This document shows, piece by piece, positions 8,843 to 18,988 of a stretch of DNA of 46,390 bases. The stretch spans positions 1 to 46,390 of the forward strand of contig JABMOT010000171.1 of the NCBI GenBank assembly GCA_013202385.1, in the 5' to 3' direction. Source of the DNA: Fidelibacterota bacterium. GTDB lineage: Bacteria > Fidelibacterota > UBA8477 > JABMPR01. The position numbers and the translations under genes were made by a program. Below the pieces are notes generated by a model. That model had not been told where the DNA came from, did not search any database, and worked only from the letters and a program-made list of their open reading frames with translations. How positions within the stretch are numbered: the stretch's first letter is position 1; each line of letters begins with the position of its first letter.

Positions 8843-9808
8843 CTAAAAATTCATATCCAGGCCAAATCGGTGCCTGGGTCCGAAATATTCCATACTATTA
8901 AATGCATAATCCAGGCGAATGCCATGGATTAATTCGATGCCGCCACCCAAGCTCAATCCTTGGATATCTGTCCCCATCTGATAACCCAGGCGGAGTGCAT
9001 ATTTATTCATAAAAACTAGTTCAGCTCCTAATCCGTATAATTCATGACTATTATTGGAATGTATCATATTTGCAGCCAGATGCGAGGTGAAAAACGTATT
9101 CTTCCAACCATCCATGGAAATACCGGTCCTGAATGTCATGGGCAGGGGCCAGGTATCATACGAGCTACTGTCATTTACTGCTACTTCGACAGGATTGCTG
9201 AAATCGAGATATTGACCGCTAAACTGGGCTTCTTTTGAAAAATTCAGGATGCTCATACCGATATTCAAATTATGAAAGCCAGTCCGATACAAGGTACCGA
9301 TATCCCAGGCCAGCTGTGAATAGCCATCGTCATCATAGGATTCGCTTACATTTTTCATCGTCATCCCAAAGGAGAACTTATCTGTAATATGCCGCGAAAA
9401 ACTTAAACCGATGCTCATACCACCTAGAGAAAAGGTGCCATCACCAAACGGCATGTCTGGTGTGGTCCGAATTTCATCTCCATAGGTCACATAGACGGCG
9501 CTCACACCAAATGTACCGATGGTCTCCAGGTTATACGCTACACCCAAAGCCCCAAAGCTGATGTCTGCGGGCCAGTTTAAATAGCTTACATAAGAATTGA
9601 GCATGCCAGTCTCACCGAGGTCAGATAAGCCTGCTGGATTGACGAGCATGGCTGAACTCCCCCGAACCAGTGAGGTCCCGGAATTTCCCATGCCCATATT
9701 GCGGACATGGAGATTGACTTCCAGGAATTGACCGGCAACAGAACCGATAGACGATGAGGCCCAGAGGCTATTGAGCAGGATCAACATTGATATCAGGAGT
9801 TTATACAT
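8843..9808 (-). CDS. PorV/PorQ-like (FadL-fold) outer-membrane beta-barrel #1
   Basis: GQFLEV...RNMGMG and NPAGL motifs, alternating beta-strands, C-terminal Phe; GAGGG RBS. Confidence 0.82.
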   Translation of the reverse strand: MYKLLISMLILLNSLWASSSIGSVAGQFLEVNLHVRNMGMGNSGTSLVRGSSAMLVNPAGLSDLGETGMLNSYVSYLNWPADISFGALGVAYNLETIGTFGVSAVYVTYGDEIRTTPDMPFGDGTFSLGGMSIGLSFSRHITDKFSFGMTMKNVSESYDDDGYSQLAWDIGTLYRTGFHNLNIGMSILNFSKEAQFSGQYLDFSNPVEVAVNDSSSYDTWPLPMTFRTGISMDGWKNTFFTSHLAANMIHSNNSHELYGLGAELVFMNKYALRLGYQMGTDIQGLSLGGGIELIHGIRLDYAFNSMEYFGPRHRFGLDMNF

Positions 9809-9820
9809 GATTCCCTCACC

Positions 9821-11848
9821 CTACTTAAGAATTATGAATTTGCCGGTTTTGTCGCCCAGAGATGAACTCACGTGGTAAAGATACACGCCAGGGGCAACCT
9901 CACGATTGGATCTGCTGACGAGATCCCATTCAGCGGTGGCTGTGTTGGTCTCAGGAGCATTTTCGATACCGCGTGAATCTGTGGGCTGAATCATTTTTAC
10001 AAAATCACCATCCAGGGTGAATATCCTTACAACAGCATCCTCAGGCAAATTGATAAAAAATAATCGATCTTTCCACTGGGACGAGGAAGACGGTGTGGCA
10101 TTGTTCCAGGGGGCAGATGCACGATAAGGGTTGGGAACAACCAGAATATCATCGAGGGTATTCACCAAACTTTTCCCAGTTGCCGTGATAAAATCGCTGG
10201 TGGCCAGCTCCATATTGAAATATTTGTCCGAGTAGCCAGTCACAATCAGAGAATAGGTATAATCGTATCCAAACAACACATCAGAATCAAAAACACTGAC
10301 ATAGGAATCGCCAGTACTCGTGAGTTCAGCCTCGACTTCGGCCTTGGAAAGCACCCTCAGGGTGTCATAGATGGGTAATCCTGCAACCGTTCGTTCTTTG
10401 AACTTAGCCAGGATGTAGCCGGTAAAGTTTGGATGCGCCATGGATGCGCTGGGATCCCAGGTAACATCCACACCTTGGAATACATTATCAGCATCCAGAA
10501 CAGCTCCAATATTCAATTGCGCCAAAGGCGGAATTTCCGTCTGATCCACCTGGAAATTTTCTGCAACCAATGTTTTCGCAACCTCCATATCCTCTACAAG
10601 ACGGATAAAACTGTAAATCCCGGCGCGATCAGCATCTGCACCCACCCCGATGGCGAAGACCACCTCAATGGAATCGCCATAGGCCAATGAATCAACGGGA
10701 CCAAATGTGGTTATAGCACGATAATCCCCTTCATTCACACCTCCACCCAGAAAAGGTGGCAGCTTGAACAATTTGTCAAAGGTGGTTTTCCCGATGGCAT
10801 TTGTCCACATGGCGGCATCCCCTGAAAAATCCTGACCAATAAAGGAGGTGGTGTAGGACTTGGGTTTCATATATGGTGAACTGTGAATCATCTGCATGGC
10901 TAAAACACCGGGGGTCTGATATACACCCACTGGATTTGGGTTTGCAAAATCATCATTGGCATTATCATGGAGATAGCTACCTGAAACCGTTGAGAGGTCC
11001 AGTAGACTTGTATCTACTTCAGAGACATAGCCCCGATTATCACCATCAAACATGATGGTTAAGGTTGAATCACCCACAAACTGAGAAATATATGGCCAGG
11101 CGGCGGTATCCTGATCCATCTGGTATTCCATATATGGGAAGAGTTTTAATTCATCCCAGCTCGTTGTAAGACACAAGGCAAGATCGTCACGATTCACAAA
11201 ATCCGCTTCTGCGTCCCAGGTGGTCAATTTGCTTACATCCCCATCCATCCTGAACGTAAAATGCACATTTTGGAGTGTGGAAAGATCATCTGCAAACCCA
11301 TCCCCTGTCGTATCCACACCTACATTTTTAAAGAAATATCGGAAGATGATAAAATCGTCTGCAAAGTTGAGACCATAACTATAAGCATGCTGTGTAATCT
11401 CAAGACCTAGGGGAATATGTGTATCGTTGACTTTAATTGCGTCTGTAAATTTGGTCCATGAATGCTCGACCAATCCATTCTGGAGTGTTTCCATTTGAAC
11501 CAGTGCCAAAGGGGTGTACTCTTTGTCTTCAGTCGTGCTGGTTCCCCGGGCGCCATTCCGGGTCCCTGTCAGCCACAAGGAGCCTCGATAGAGGTACGAG
11601 TTCCCTGAGCCACCGGGCCAATCTGCAGAAGGCGTACGTTCGCGATATGAGTCATCCCCGATCATGGAAAAATTGGTGACGCGCATCCAAAGTGTGCCGT
11701 TCCGATGGTAATTGAAGTCATAGGGCACCAATTCACTCTTTTTAAATAAGGATACTTTTTTGTTCTGGAACGACATAGGCTCCCCCGCTGCCTGGAGCAA
11801 CAAACTGGTAAATATCAGGGTCAAATAGAGGGCTAACTTTCGGTTCAT
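9821..11848 (-). CDS. secreted TBDR-partner protein #1 with variant VVPNPY CTD
   Basis: Start at ATG 11848 (AGGAG RBS); signal peptide; C-terminus ILVVPNPY...LFFINLP...RIFTLDGD...WDL...PGVYLYH...GKFIILK. Confidence 0.82.
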   Translation of the reverse strand: MNRKLALYLTLIFTSLLLQAAGEPMSFQNKKVSLFKKSELVPYDFNYHRNGTLWMRVTNFSMIGDDSYRERTPSADWPGGSGNSYLYRGSLWLTGTRNGARGTSTTEDKEYTPLALVQMETLQNGLVEHSWTKFTDAIKVNDTHIPLGLEITQHAYSYGLNFADDFIIFRYFFKNVGVDTTGDGFADDLSTLQNVHFTFRMDGDVSKLTTWDAEADFVNRDDLALCLTTSWDELKLFPYMEYQMDQDTAAWPYISQFVGDSTLTIMFDGDNRGYVSEVDTSLLDLSTVSGSYLHDNANDDFANPNPVGVYQTPGVLAMQMIHSSPYMKPKSYTTSFIGQDFSGDAAMWTNAIGKTTFDKLFKLPPFLGGGVNEGDYRAITTFGPVDSLAYGDSIEVVFAIGVGADADRAGIYSFIRLVEDMEVAKTLVAENFQVDQTEIPPLAQLNIGAVLDADNVFQGVDVTWDPSASMAHPNFTGYILAKFKERTVAGLPIYDTLRVLSKAEVEAELTSTGDSYVSVFDSDVLFGYDYTYSLIVTGYSDKYFNMELATSDFITATGKSLVNTLDDILVVPNPYRASAPWNNATPSSSSQWKDRLFFINLPEDAVVRIFTLDGDFVKMIQPTDSRGIENAPETNTATAEWDLVSRSNREVAPGVYLYHVSSSLGDKTGKFIILK

Positions 11849-11870
11849 AATGTCTCCTAGGATCACTGGA

Positions 11871-14720
11871 TTAAAACTTCAGCGACAAGCCGAGTTTAAA
11901 CTGCCGCTCTGCGGGGTAGATCAGGGGTGTCCTAATGATCAAATTGGACAATTCCTCCTTGTAAATGATGTCAGGTGGATTGTCATCCCCGGGATCCTCA
12001 TCCTGGTTGAAATAGCTGGTGTAAATACTTTGGTGCACATCGTTATTGAGGGCGTTGTAGATATCAAGATTGAGCTGCAGGGTTAATGCATTCACCTCAA
12101 AACTACGGCTAATACGGATATCCAGATTGTCATAGGAAGGTAAGCGTTGATCGTTTACAGCTCCCAATACGCCATAGCTGGAAAAGGGTTTTCCAGTTCC
12201 GTATTCGTATTGAAAGTTAGCCACCCAATTTCGGGTAATGGACTTCAGTGCCGGGAGACCTTTGTTTGAATACAGTCCCAGGTTTACGTTGGAGCTGATC
12301 CGGCGGTCAAAATCAAGGGGATACATTTTCTTGTCATAGGGATACAATTTTACCCCCCCAGTTGAGGAATTTCGTCCTGTGGCGACAGAATAGGATACAT
12401 TCCCCTGGAGACTCCAGAAGCCTATCTTCTGCCGTTTAACGGCCAGCTCAGCACCCTTTACGTTGGCATAATCCCCATTCACATACCGGTTGACTTCCGT
12501 ACCATCAGGAAATACAAATTTCTCGTTGTTAACCAGATCTGACACGTCTTTGAAATACCCAGTGATGGACACTTTCAGACTGGGCGTAAACAAGTGTTCG
12601 AAGGAAATATCATAGGCCACAGTCTTTTCCGGTTTCAGAGCTGGGTTGCCTACCCAGTTTCCAACTTTGGTCAAGCTCTGATACTGATAGTTACGGAACA
12701 GATAGCGACCATCGGGTCTCTGGAAATAATGACCATAGGTAAAAAAGAGGATATCCCGATCAGAAATTGGATGTGAAATACCAATTCGGGGGCTAATCTG
12801 ATGACTGGCTTTGGCTTCCTGAGGATCGTTAAATATGGCATATCCCAGGCTGTCATAGCCTAATACGGGATTGGACATATTCCCTGGATATTGAACAGGA
12901 TCGCCGGTTCCATTGGGATTAAAATAGTCATAGCGAAGTCCTATAAGGGTGACCAGATCATCCTTAAATTCCATCTTGTCCTGGACAAACATTCCGAAGT
13001 CAAGGTCGTTCTTTTCCCAGATATCTTTGCGGAGGCTATTCAGGGCAAAATCGGTTTCCTCGGAGACGGAGGACCAGGTAATATCCGTTATCTTGGTGTT
13101 GTTCAGGTTGAACTGCCAACCTGCTTTGAGCATATGGTACTGGTCAAGCTGGGAGGTGAGATCTCCCTTAATCAGGTAGGAACTTACCTCTTGATTGCGA
13201 TATTCTGAATCATCGCCTCGCATCCACCAGAACTCGTATTCGCGTTCCCGTCGTTCAGGCCGAGGACCTTCCACTTCCCGATCCCATTGAAGCAGTTCTT
13301 CAGTATCACCATCCCCATCACGATCGGCATAGTCTTTCATACCATTCTCATAACTTGAGTTCAAAACCTGGGCGCTGAGCTCAAAAAAGGTATTGGATGA
13401 AACGGTATAAGTGAACACACCATAAAGCTGGGTGCTGTTTTTAACTCGGGATGTAAGGTGGTTCAATGGGGCATCAAGATAGAAATTCTGATGGAACCCT
13501 ACTGCCACTGAGTCTGAATCATTCAAGTTTATGTAATAAGGCGTTGAAAGGCTGTCGATTATACCAGAGCTGTACAGATTTGTATCCAGAGCATTCTCGA
13601 CGTACAAATATCGGATCAGCGTATCATTGCTGGCACTGAGATCTTCCACAAACTCATACAGGTCACTTTGAAAATTTTCTCCAGGGCCAAATTTTCCAGC
13701 CTGAAAATAGAAAGAATTCCATTCCTGCTTGGTCACATTACCACCAATGGACAGTTTGGCGCTGTTTGAGAGTCTGTAGGTCACTTTGCCCTGGTAACTT
13801 TGATTAAAGGCATCCTGATTCAGGTAATTGCCCTGCTTTCGGTCAAGGATGTCTCCTGAAATGGCAAATGTAAGACCGGGAAGAATGGGACCGCTTAGTG
13901 AAAAGCGATAATTATTTTCCAGCTTCTGCTGATATTTCGCATCCAGGCGCCAGGCATCTTTCGGCATGAGCGTTTCATTCAGTGAGGCAAAATCCGTGGT
14001 GGTGGAATACAATGAACCTGAGAAAGAGTCATCTCCTTCTTTCATTGCCAGGTTGAGCACGCCCGATTGAACATTACCATACTCTGCTGAGAATCCTCCC
14101 AGGGATACTTCCATCTGCTGCACGGCATCTTTTGGTACTCCCAATGTGAAGCCTCCAAAATCACCGGTATATCCGGCTGAAGCGTCCCGAATAGGAATGC
14201 CATCGATGACTACCAGCACTTCGCCGCTACGACCCCCGCGGAAGTTACTGCCAACAGCACCGGCTTGATTCTGAGCAATCCCAATAATGCTTTCTACAGG
14301 TTGCACTTCCATTTCTTCGGCTGATACAATGTGTTTTGAGGAAAATTCATCTTGATTCAAAAGGGTTCGTTGAGCGACAACCAGGACTTCTTCCCCGCTA
14401 CTGATAATTTCCGCTTCCATTTTTAAATCCACATAGCGCGTCAGATCAATGGATACCCTAACATCTGTCACTCGAATCGTTTTATAACCAATATAAGATG
14501 TCACAATGGTGTAGGTACCTGGGGGGACGTTCAAAATGACGTAGAAACCATCTTCATTGGTGGAAGCTCCCATATTTGAGTTATCAATAAAGACATTGAC
14601 ACCGATCAGGGGCACATTTTCAGCATCAGTGATAATGCCTGTGATCTTACCACTGGTTCCAGCCTGCAACATTGACATCATCCCTGTTAGAATAATGAAA
14701 GTGTGCAAATATCTTTTCAT
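11871..14720 (-). CDS. TonB-dependent receptor #1 with N-terminal carboxypeptidase-regulatory-like domain
   Basis: GKITG...GFYVILNVPPGTY; plug motifs FRGGRSGE..IDG and GGFSAEYGN..SGVLN; barrel motifs GLRYD, SPRIG, NPALKPEKT; C-terminal F. Confidence 0.92.
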   Translation of the reverse strand: MKRYLHTFIILTGMMSMLQAGTSGKITGIITDAENVPLIGVNVFIDNSNMGASTNEDGFYVILNVPPGTYTIVTSYIGYKTIRVTDVRVSIDLTRYVDLKMEAEIISSGEEVLVVAQRTLLNQDEFSSKHIVSAEEMEVQPVESIIGIAQNQAGAVGSNFRGGRSGEVLVVIDGIPIRDASAGYTGDFGGFTLGVPKDAVQQMEVSLGGFSAEYGNVQSGVLNLAMKEGDDSFSGSLYSTTTDFASLNETLMPKDAWRLDAKYQQKLENNYRFSLSGPILPGLTFAISGDILDRKQGNYLNQDAFNQSYQGKVTYRLSNSAKLSIGGNVTKQEWNSFYFQAGKFGPGENFQSDLYEFVEDLSASNDTLIRYLYVENALDTNLYSSGIIDSLSTPYYINLNDSDSVAVGFHQNFYLDAPLNHLTSRVKNSTQLYGVFTYTVSSNTFFELSAQVLNSSYENGMKDYADRDGDGDTEELLQWDREVEGPRPERREREYEFWWMRGDDSEYRNQEVSSYLIKGDLTSQLDQYHMLKAGWQFNLNNTKITDITWSSVSEETDFALNSLRKDIWEKNDLDFGMFVQDKMEFKDDLVTLIGLRYDYFNPNGTGDPVQYPGNMSNPVLGYDSLGYAIFNDPQEAKASHQISPRIGISHPISDRDILFFTYGHYFQRPDGRYLFRNYQYQSLTKVGNWVGNPALKPEKTVAYDISFEHLFTPSLKVSITGYFKDVSDLVNNEKFVFPDGTEVNRYVNGDYANVKGAELAVKRQKIGFWSLQGNVSYSVATGRNSSTGGVKLYPYDKKMYPLDFDRRISSNVNLGLYSNKGLPALKSITRNWVANFQYEYGTGKPFSSYGVLGAVNDQRLPSYDNLDIRISRSFEVNALTLQLNLDIYNALNNDVHQSIYTSYFNQDEDPGDDNPPDIIYKEELSNLIIRTPLIYPAERQFKLGLSLKF

Positions 14721-15467
14721 GGAATACCTCGTTCAATTCGATCAGAGTTAACTCAAAATACCATCACGTCATTCGTCGGGAGCTGTTGAACAAATGCAGA
14801 GTACTTATAATCATTCGCTTCCCCATGCTAAAACATTCACCTATGCATGCACCATAACTTGCGTGACTTTAAAAATAGCATGTTATTTAATATGAATACA
14901 ATTTTTAAGCCCTATAAATAGACCCACATCCTAAAATATAATAGGTTTAGTATTCTGTTAAATTCATACCAGTTAAGGTAAATATAGTTTGTACACAATT
15001 CGATAGTAACCTTTTTTCTTCTGTGGACAGATATAATTCAAATGTCGTTGTGATTTCTGGTTTTAGCTCAGGTGTTGGTAATCAGGGAAGAACAAACTCA
15101 TTCAACAAAATTCATGAATCTTGAGATTGAATGACTTGGTTTTTATATAATTGATGCTTCCATTTGAGTAACCATTCACAACTGTAAATCGGTTTTCCAG
15201 ATTTTTTGACGGGTAATCCATAAAGCCATGCTGGAAGCGATCCCCCACATCTGACATACAAGTTTCCAGTCTGCTTATCAGGCGGGAAATGCTTCACCTC
15301 GATTAACAATTCCAAGCTTCCGGCTAGAACTTCGCACAGCTGAACCATCTTAAACCTGGTGAGAATTTGATCGATCTTTTCTGCACAATATGATTCTTTG
15401 GACTTGATGCATTATTATCATCTGATTAGACTGGTGGAAGTCTGTGTACAAATAAGAGGAGTATCTC

Positions 15468-15734
15468 TTGCCACTATTTTTTTATCTCTAACGAGTGGGT
15501 CACCTTCCTAATCTTCTTTGCCATTATCATACTTTTCATAGGCATAGCTGAGTTAGCGCGTAAAGTATTCCGTCTTTCTCCTGAAATAACCTGGAAGTTT
15601 GTACATGCCTGGTTTCCCTGGCTCCCTTTTTCCTCCCTGCAAAGCTGCCTGTCATTTTGCTTGGGATGGTGTTTACCAATCTGAACTATTTTGCTCTAAA
15701 TATGGATGGTCCTCAAAGAATGCATGTGACTGAA
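15468..15734 (+). pseudogene. frameshifted, truncated copy of the 5' end of the prenol-kinase/DUF92 gene at 23575
   Basis: After an AAGAGGAG RBS and TTG it reads MPLFFYL / NEWVTFLIFFAIIILFIGIAELARKVFRLSPEITWKFVH / LVSLAPFFLPAKLPVILLGMVFTNLNYFALNMDGPQRMHVTE. This is colinear with residues 1-94 of the 504-aa protein, with 2-nt and 13-nt deletions. Confidence 0.9.
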
Positions 15735-16270
15735 GGAAGAATATTTTGATGTATGATAATTCATATTATCACTATTGATATTATGGATATTTTGACCGTT
15801 CGTTAATAAAATTAACAAACCCCTCTAAATAATACTTGTTCAGTAAATGCGGTCGTGCATATTGATTCCAACGTGCAAACAAGTTTGTGTTTGGTGAATA
15901 ATATATTTAATAAAATTGTTCATGTTAAACAATCGATAATTATGGAAAATATATCTATAAAGGAAGTGCTGCATATTGAATTTTTGATTCCCATCTTGCT
16001 TAGAAACTCAGGACATGGGTATTGTGTGGCATGTTCATTTTGATCCAGGCAATGAATAGGACATTCTATTCGGTGACTCAGTTTCACCAGGATTTGGTTC
16101 AAGTGACGGACTATCAGAACCCTGTCAGCGGCACTTACATTTATACGCTTAACCATAATGAAGAGCTTACAGGAAACCCTGCCTAAATAGTTCTGTCGAT
16201 TATCGAATAACATGGGTACCCTCTTGGTTTCTATTTTGTTATTTGTAGGTATATACTGATAAATCTTATA

Positions 16271-16294
16271 GGGAAATCTGAGATCAGCTTTCCC
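16271..16294. promoter_or_regulatory. inverted repeat upstream of TBDR #2 (operator or 5' hairpin)
   Basis: GGGAAATCTGA-GA-TCAGCTTTCCC, 11-bp arms with one mismatch, just before the AGGAG RBS. Confidence 0.4.
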
Positions 16295-16312
16295 AGAGTC
16301 TAGGAGAAATAC

Positions 16313-18976
16313 ATGACATCAATCTTTAAGAGCTTTCGATATATTGCTCTTTTTCTGCTTAGCATTGAGGTGAGTTATGCAGGAGCGGGGAAAATCGTGG
16401 GGACGGTTACAGATTACGAAACTGGCAGTGCTTTGCCATACGTGAATGTGATTATTCACGAACTCAATATTGGTGCTTCAACAGATATCAATGGCTATTA
16501 CATCATTTTAAATATTCCTCCAGGAGAATATTCAGTGAGTGCTTCATTTATCGGATATCAAAATACAAAATATGAAGGTGTACAGTGTGCCACGGGACAT
16601 ACTACCGTACAGAATTTCACTCTCCCCTCTGCTGTGATCTCAGGCGAGGAGGTGGTTGTTATTGCAAAACGCCCCTTGGTTCAGAAGGATTTGACTGCCT
16701 CCCAGAAGATTACTACCTCGGCAGAGATAAATGCTATGCCTGTGGAAAGTTTCCTGGATGTTCTCACTACCCAGGCAGGTGTCAACACGGGAGCAGATGG
16801 AGCTATCCACATCCGCGGCGGTCGCAGCAATGAAGTTGGCTTCTATATTGATGGCATATCAGTAGTAAATCCCTTTACAGGGTCCCTGGCAATGAATGTT
16901 TCCAATAATGCGCTCCAAGAAATGAAAGTTATATCAGGTGCCTTTAATGCTGAATATGGAAACGCCATGAGCGGTATCATTAATATTCAATTGCGCGAAG
17001 GAGGCGAACTACTCGATGGCAGTGTGACCTACTACACTGGCGATTATCTTTCCAACAATTCGCAAGTTTTTCCCAATATTGACGCTTATAACCCGATGGC
17101 CAACTCAGTTTTGGAGGCTGCCCTGACAGGTCCAATTTTGGGTCGCAAATTGACGTTTAATATCAGTGCAAGACTCCACAACAATGGTGGGTATTTGTAC
17201 GGTATTCGCGAACATGCCCCGGAAGACTCAGCCAATTTCCAGGATGGTGATGAATGGTATATAGAAAGCAGTGGTGACAGTAGCTACGTGTCAATGAATC
17301 CCTCAATTAGCGGTAATGGATTGGCCAAATTCACCTGGCGTATTAGCCCCCGCCTGAAAATGTCCTTTCAGGGTCTTTATGATCAGAGTCAATCAAAAGC
17401 CTATGTCCATACATATAAATATAATCCCGATGGTATTTATCAGTATTTGCGTGAGAATGGTGGGATTGCTGTCCGTTTAAATCAATCATTTGGCAGTACC
17501 TTCTACGAATTGAATCTGTACTACAATTCAACCAATTATCGCAAGTATGTATATGAAGATCCAGCGGATCTGCGCTATGTCTCCACATCCAACATTGTTG
17601 GTAGTCCCGGGTCAACCACATTTGCGTTCGGTGGCACGCTAATGGAGCATGACAATAGAAATTCTAAAACCCTGGGAACAAAATTCGACATTACCTCGCA
17701 GATTGGGTCCCATCATGAAATAAAAGCAGGTCTGGATGTTAAAACAGATCATTTGGAATCTGATGATGCCGTTATACTGTATAATGGTCAGCGCTATCGT
17801 GAACCAACTATTCTTCCCGCCAATCTTTCACCCAGTCATTCCACTTATACTGGTGATGCCACTTTCTTTAGCGCCTACGCCCAGGATAAACTTGAGTACG
17901 AAAGTATGATAATGAACGTGGGATTGCGCTATGACTTTTTCGAACCTAATGGTGAGTTCCCCACTAATCTGTTGGATCCTACTGGAACTGCCCAGGCAGC
18001 GGATTCAAAACATTCAATCTCACCCCGTTTGGGCGTATCCTTCCCCATCACGGATAAAGGATATTTACATTTTTCCTATGGCCATTTTTATCAATTACCT
18101 ACGCTGACAGCACTTTATTCCACGTCAATATTCGGCGCCAATATTACACCGTCGTTGGGCTATACGGATCTGAAACCTGAGAAAACTGTGCTCTATGAAT
18201 TTGGTCTTCAGCAGCAATTTGGCGAATACATCGCTCTGGAAGCCATCGCCTTTTATAAAGATATCCGTGATCTGCTGGCTACTCAGTCGATTTATTACGA
18301 ATCCGCAGTTTATGGTCCCTCCAACTACAGCATTCGTTTGAATAAAGATTATGGGACGGTCCTGGGGTATACACTCAGTCTTTCAAAACCCCATGATCCC
18401 GCGAGTCATCTCTCTGGTCACCTGGACTATACCTACCAGACAACAGAAGGCAATGCTACCAACTCAGGCTCCTTTTTCTTCAGCCAATTCTCTGAGACGG
18501 AAGAGGCCAAGCAGATTGTCTATCTAAGTTGGGATCAAACCCACTTGATAAATGGAACCGTCACCTATTCCGTTCCCAATAAATGGGGTATCAGTCTGAT
18601 TGGAAAGCTGGCTAGTGGCTGGCCTTATACTCCGACCATTCCACTGGCAAACTACAATCCGATTCCCAATAGTGAGCGGAAACCCTGGCAGCGGAACATC
18701 GATCTCAGGATGCACAAGAATATCCAGGTAGGTAATTTTGAAACCGTCCTGTTTGCAATGGTGTTTAACCTGTTGGATGAGCTTAATGAACGCTATGTGT
18801 ATGACGATACAGGACAAGCTGGATATACCTATGTAAACCAGAGTTCGGAGGAAACAGCAGAATTCAAAAGCCATTATGGAGAACCGGGCATCCACACCTG
18901 GTCAGAGTACCAGGTTCGTCCTACTTACTATTCTTCTCCAAGATCCACCTATCTTGGCATCACCCTTGAGTTTTAA
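16313..18976 (+). CDS. TonB-dependent receptor #2
   Basis: Signal peptide (SYA); GYYIILNIPPGEY; IRGGRSNEV..IDG; GAFNAEYGNAMSGIIN; GLRYD; SPRLG; LKPEKT; C-terminal F. Confidence 0.93.
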   Translation: MTSIFKSFRYIALFLLSIEVSYAGAGKIVGTVTDYETGSALPYVNVIIHELNIGASTDINGYYIILNIPPGEYSVSASFIGYQNTKYEGVQCATGHTTVQNFTLPSAVISGEEVVVIAKRPLVQKDLTASQKITTSAEINAMPVESFLDVLTTQAGVNTGADGAIHIRGGRSNEVGFYIDGISVVNPFTGSLAMNVSNNALQEMKVISGAFNAEYGNAMSGIINIQLREGGELLDGSVTYYTGDYLSNNSQVFPNIDAYNPMANSVLEAALTGPILGRKLTFNISARLHNNGGYLYGIREHAPEDSANFQDGDEWYIESSGDSSYVSMNPSISGNGLAKFTWRISPRLKMSFQGLYDQSQSKAYVHTYKYNPDGIYQYLRENGGIAVRLNQSFGSTFYELNLYYNSTNYRKYVYEDPADLRYVSTSNIVGSPGSTTFAFGGTLMEHDNRNSKTLGTKFDITSQIGSHHEIKAGLDVKTDHLESDDAVILYNGQRYREPTILPANLSPSHSTYTGDATFFSAYAQDKLEYESMIMNVGLRYDFFEPNGEFPTNLLDPTGTAQAADSKHSISPRLGVSFPITDKGYLHFSYGHFYQLPTLTALYSTSIFGANITPSLGYTDLKPEKTVLYEFGLQQQFGEYIALEAIAFYKDIRDLLATQSIYYESAVYGPSNYSIRLNKDYGTVLGYTLSLSKPHDPASHLSGHLDYTYQTTEGNATNSGSFFFSQFSETEEAKQIVYLSWDQTHLINGTVTYSVPNKWGISLIGKLASGWPYTPTIPLANYNPIPNSERKPWQRNIDLRMHKNIQVGNFETVLFAMVFNLLDELNERYVYDDTGQAGYTYVNQSSEETAEFKSHYGEPGIHTWSEYQVRPTYYSSPRSTYLGITLEF

Positions 18977-18988
18977 TTGAGGTCCAAT

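Noticed and set aside
15112-16213. ORFs 15112-15348, 15855-16043 and 15920-16213 as genuine genes
   Set aside because: They are short, lack convincing RBS or motifs, two overlap on opposite strands, and they lie in a region with demonstrable gene decay.
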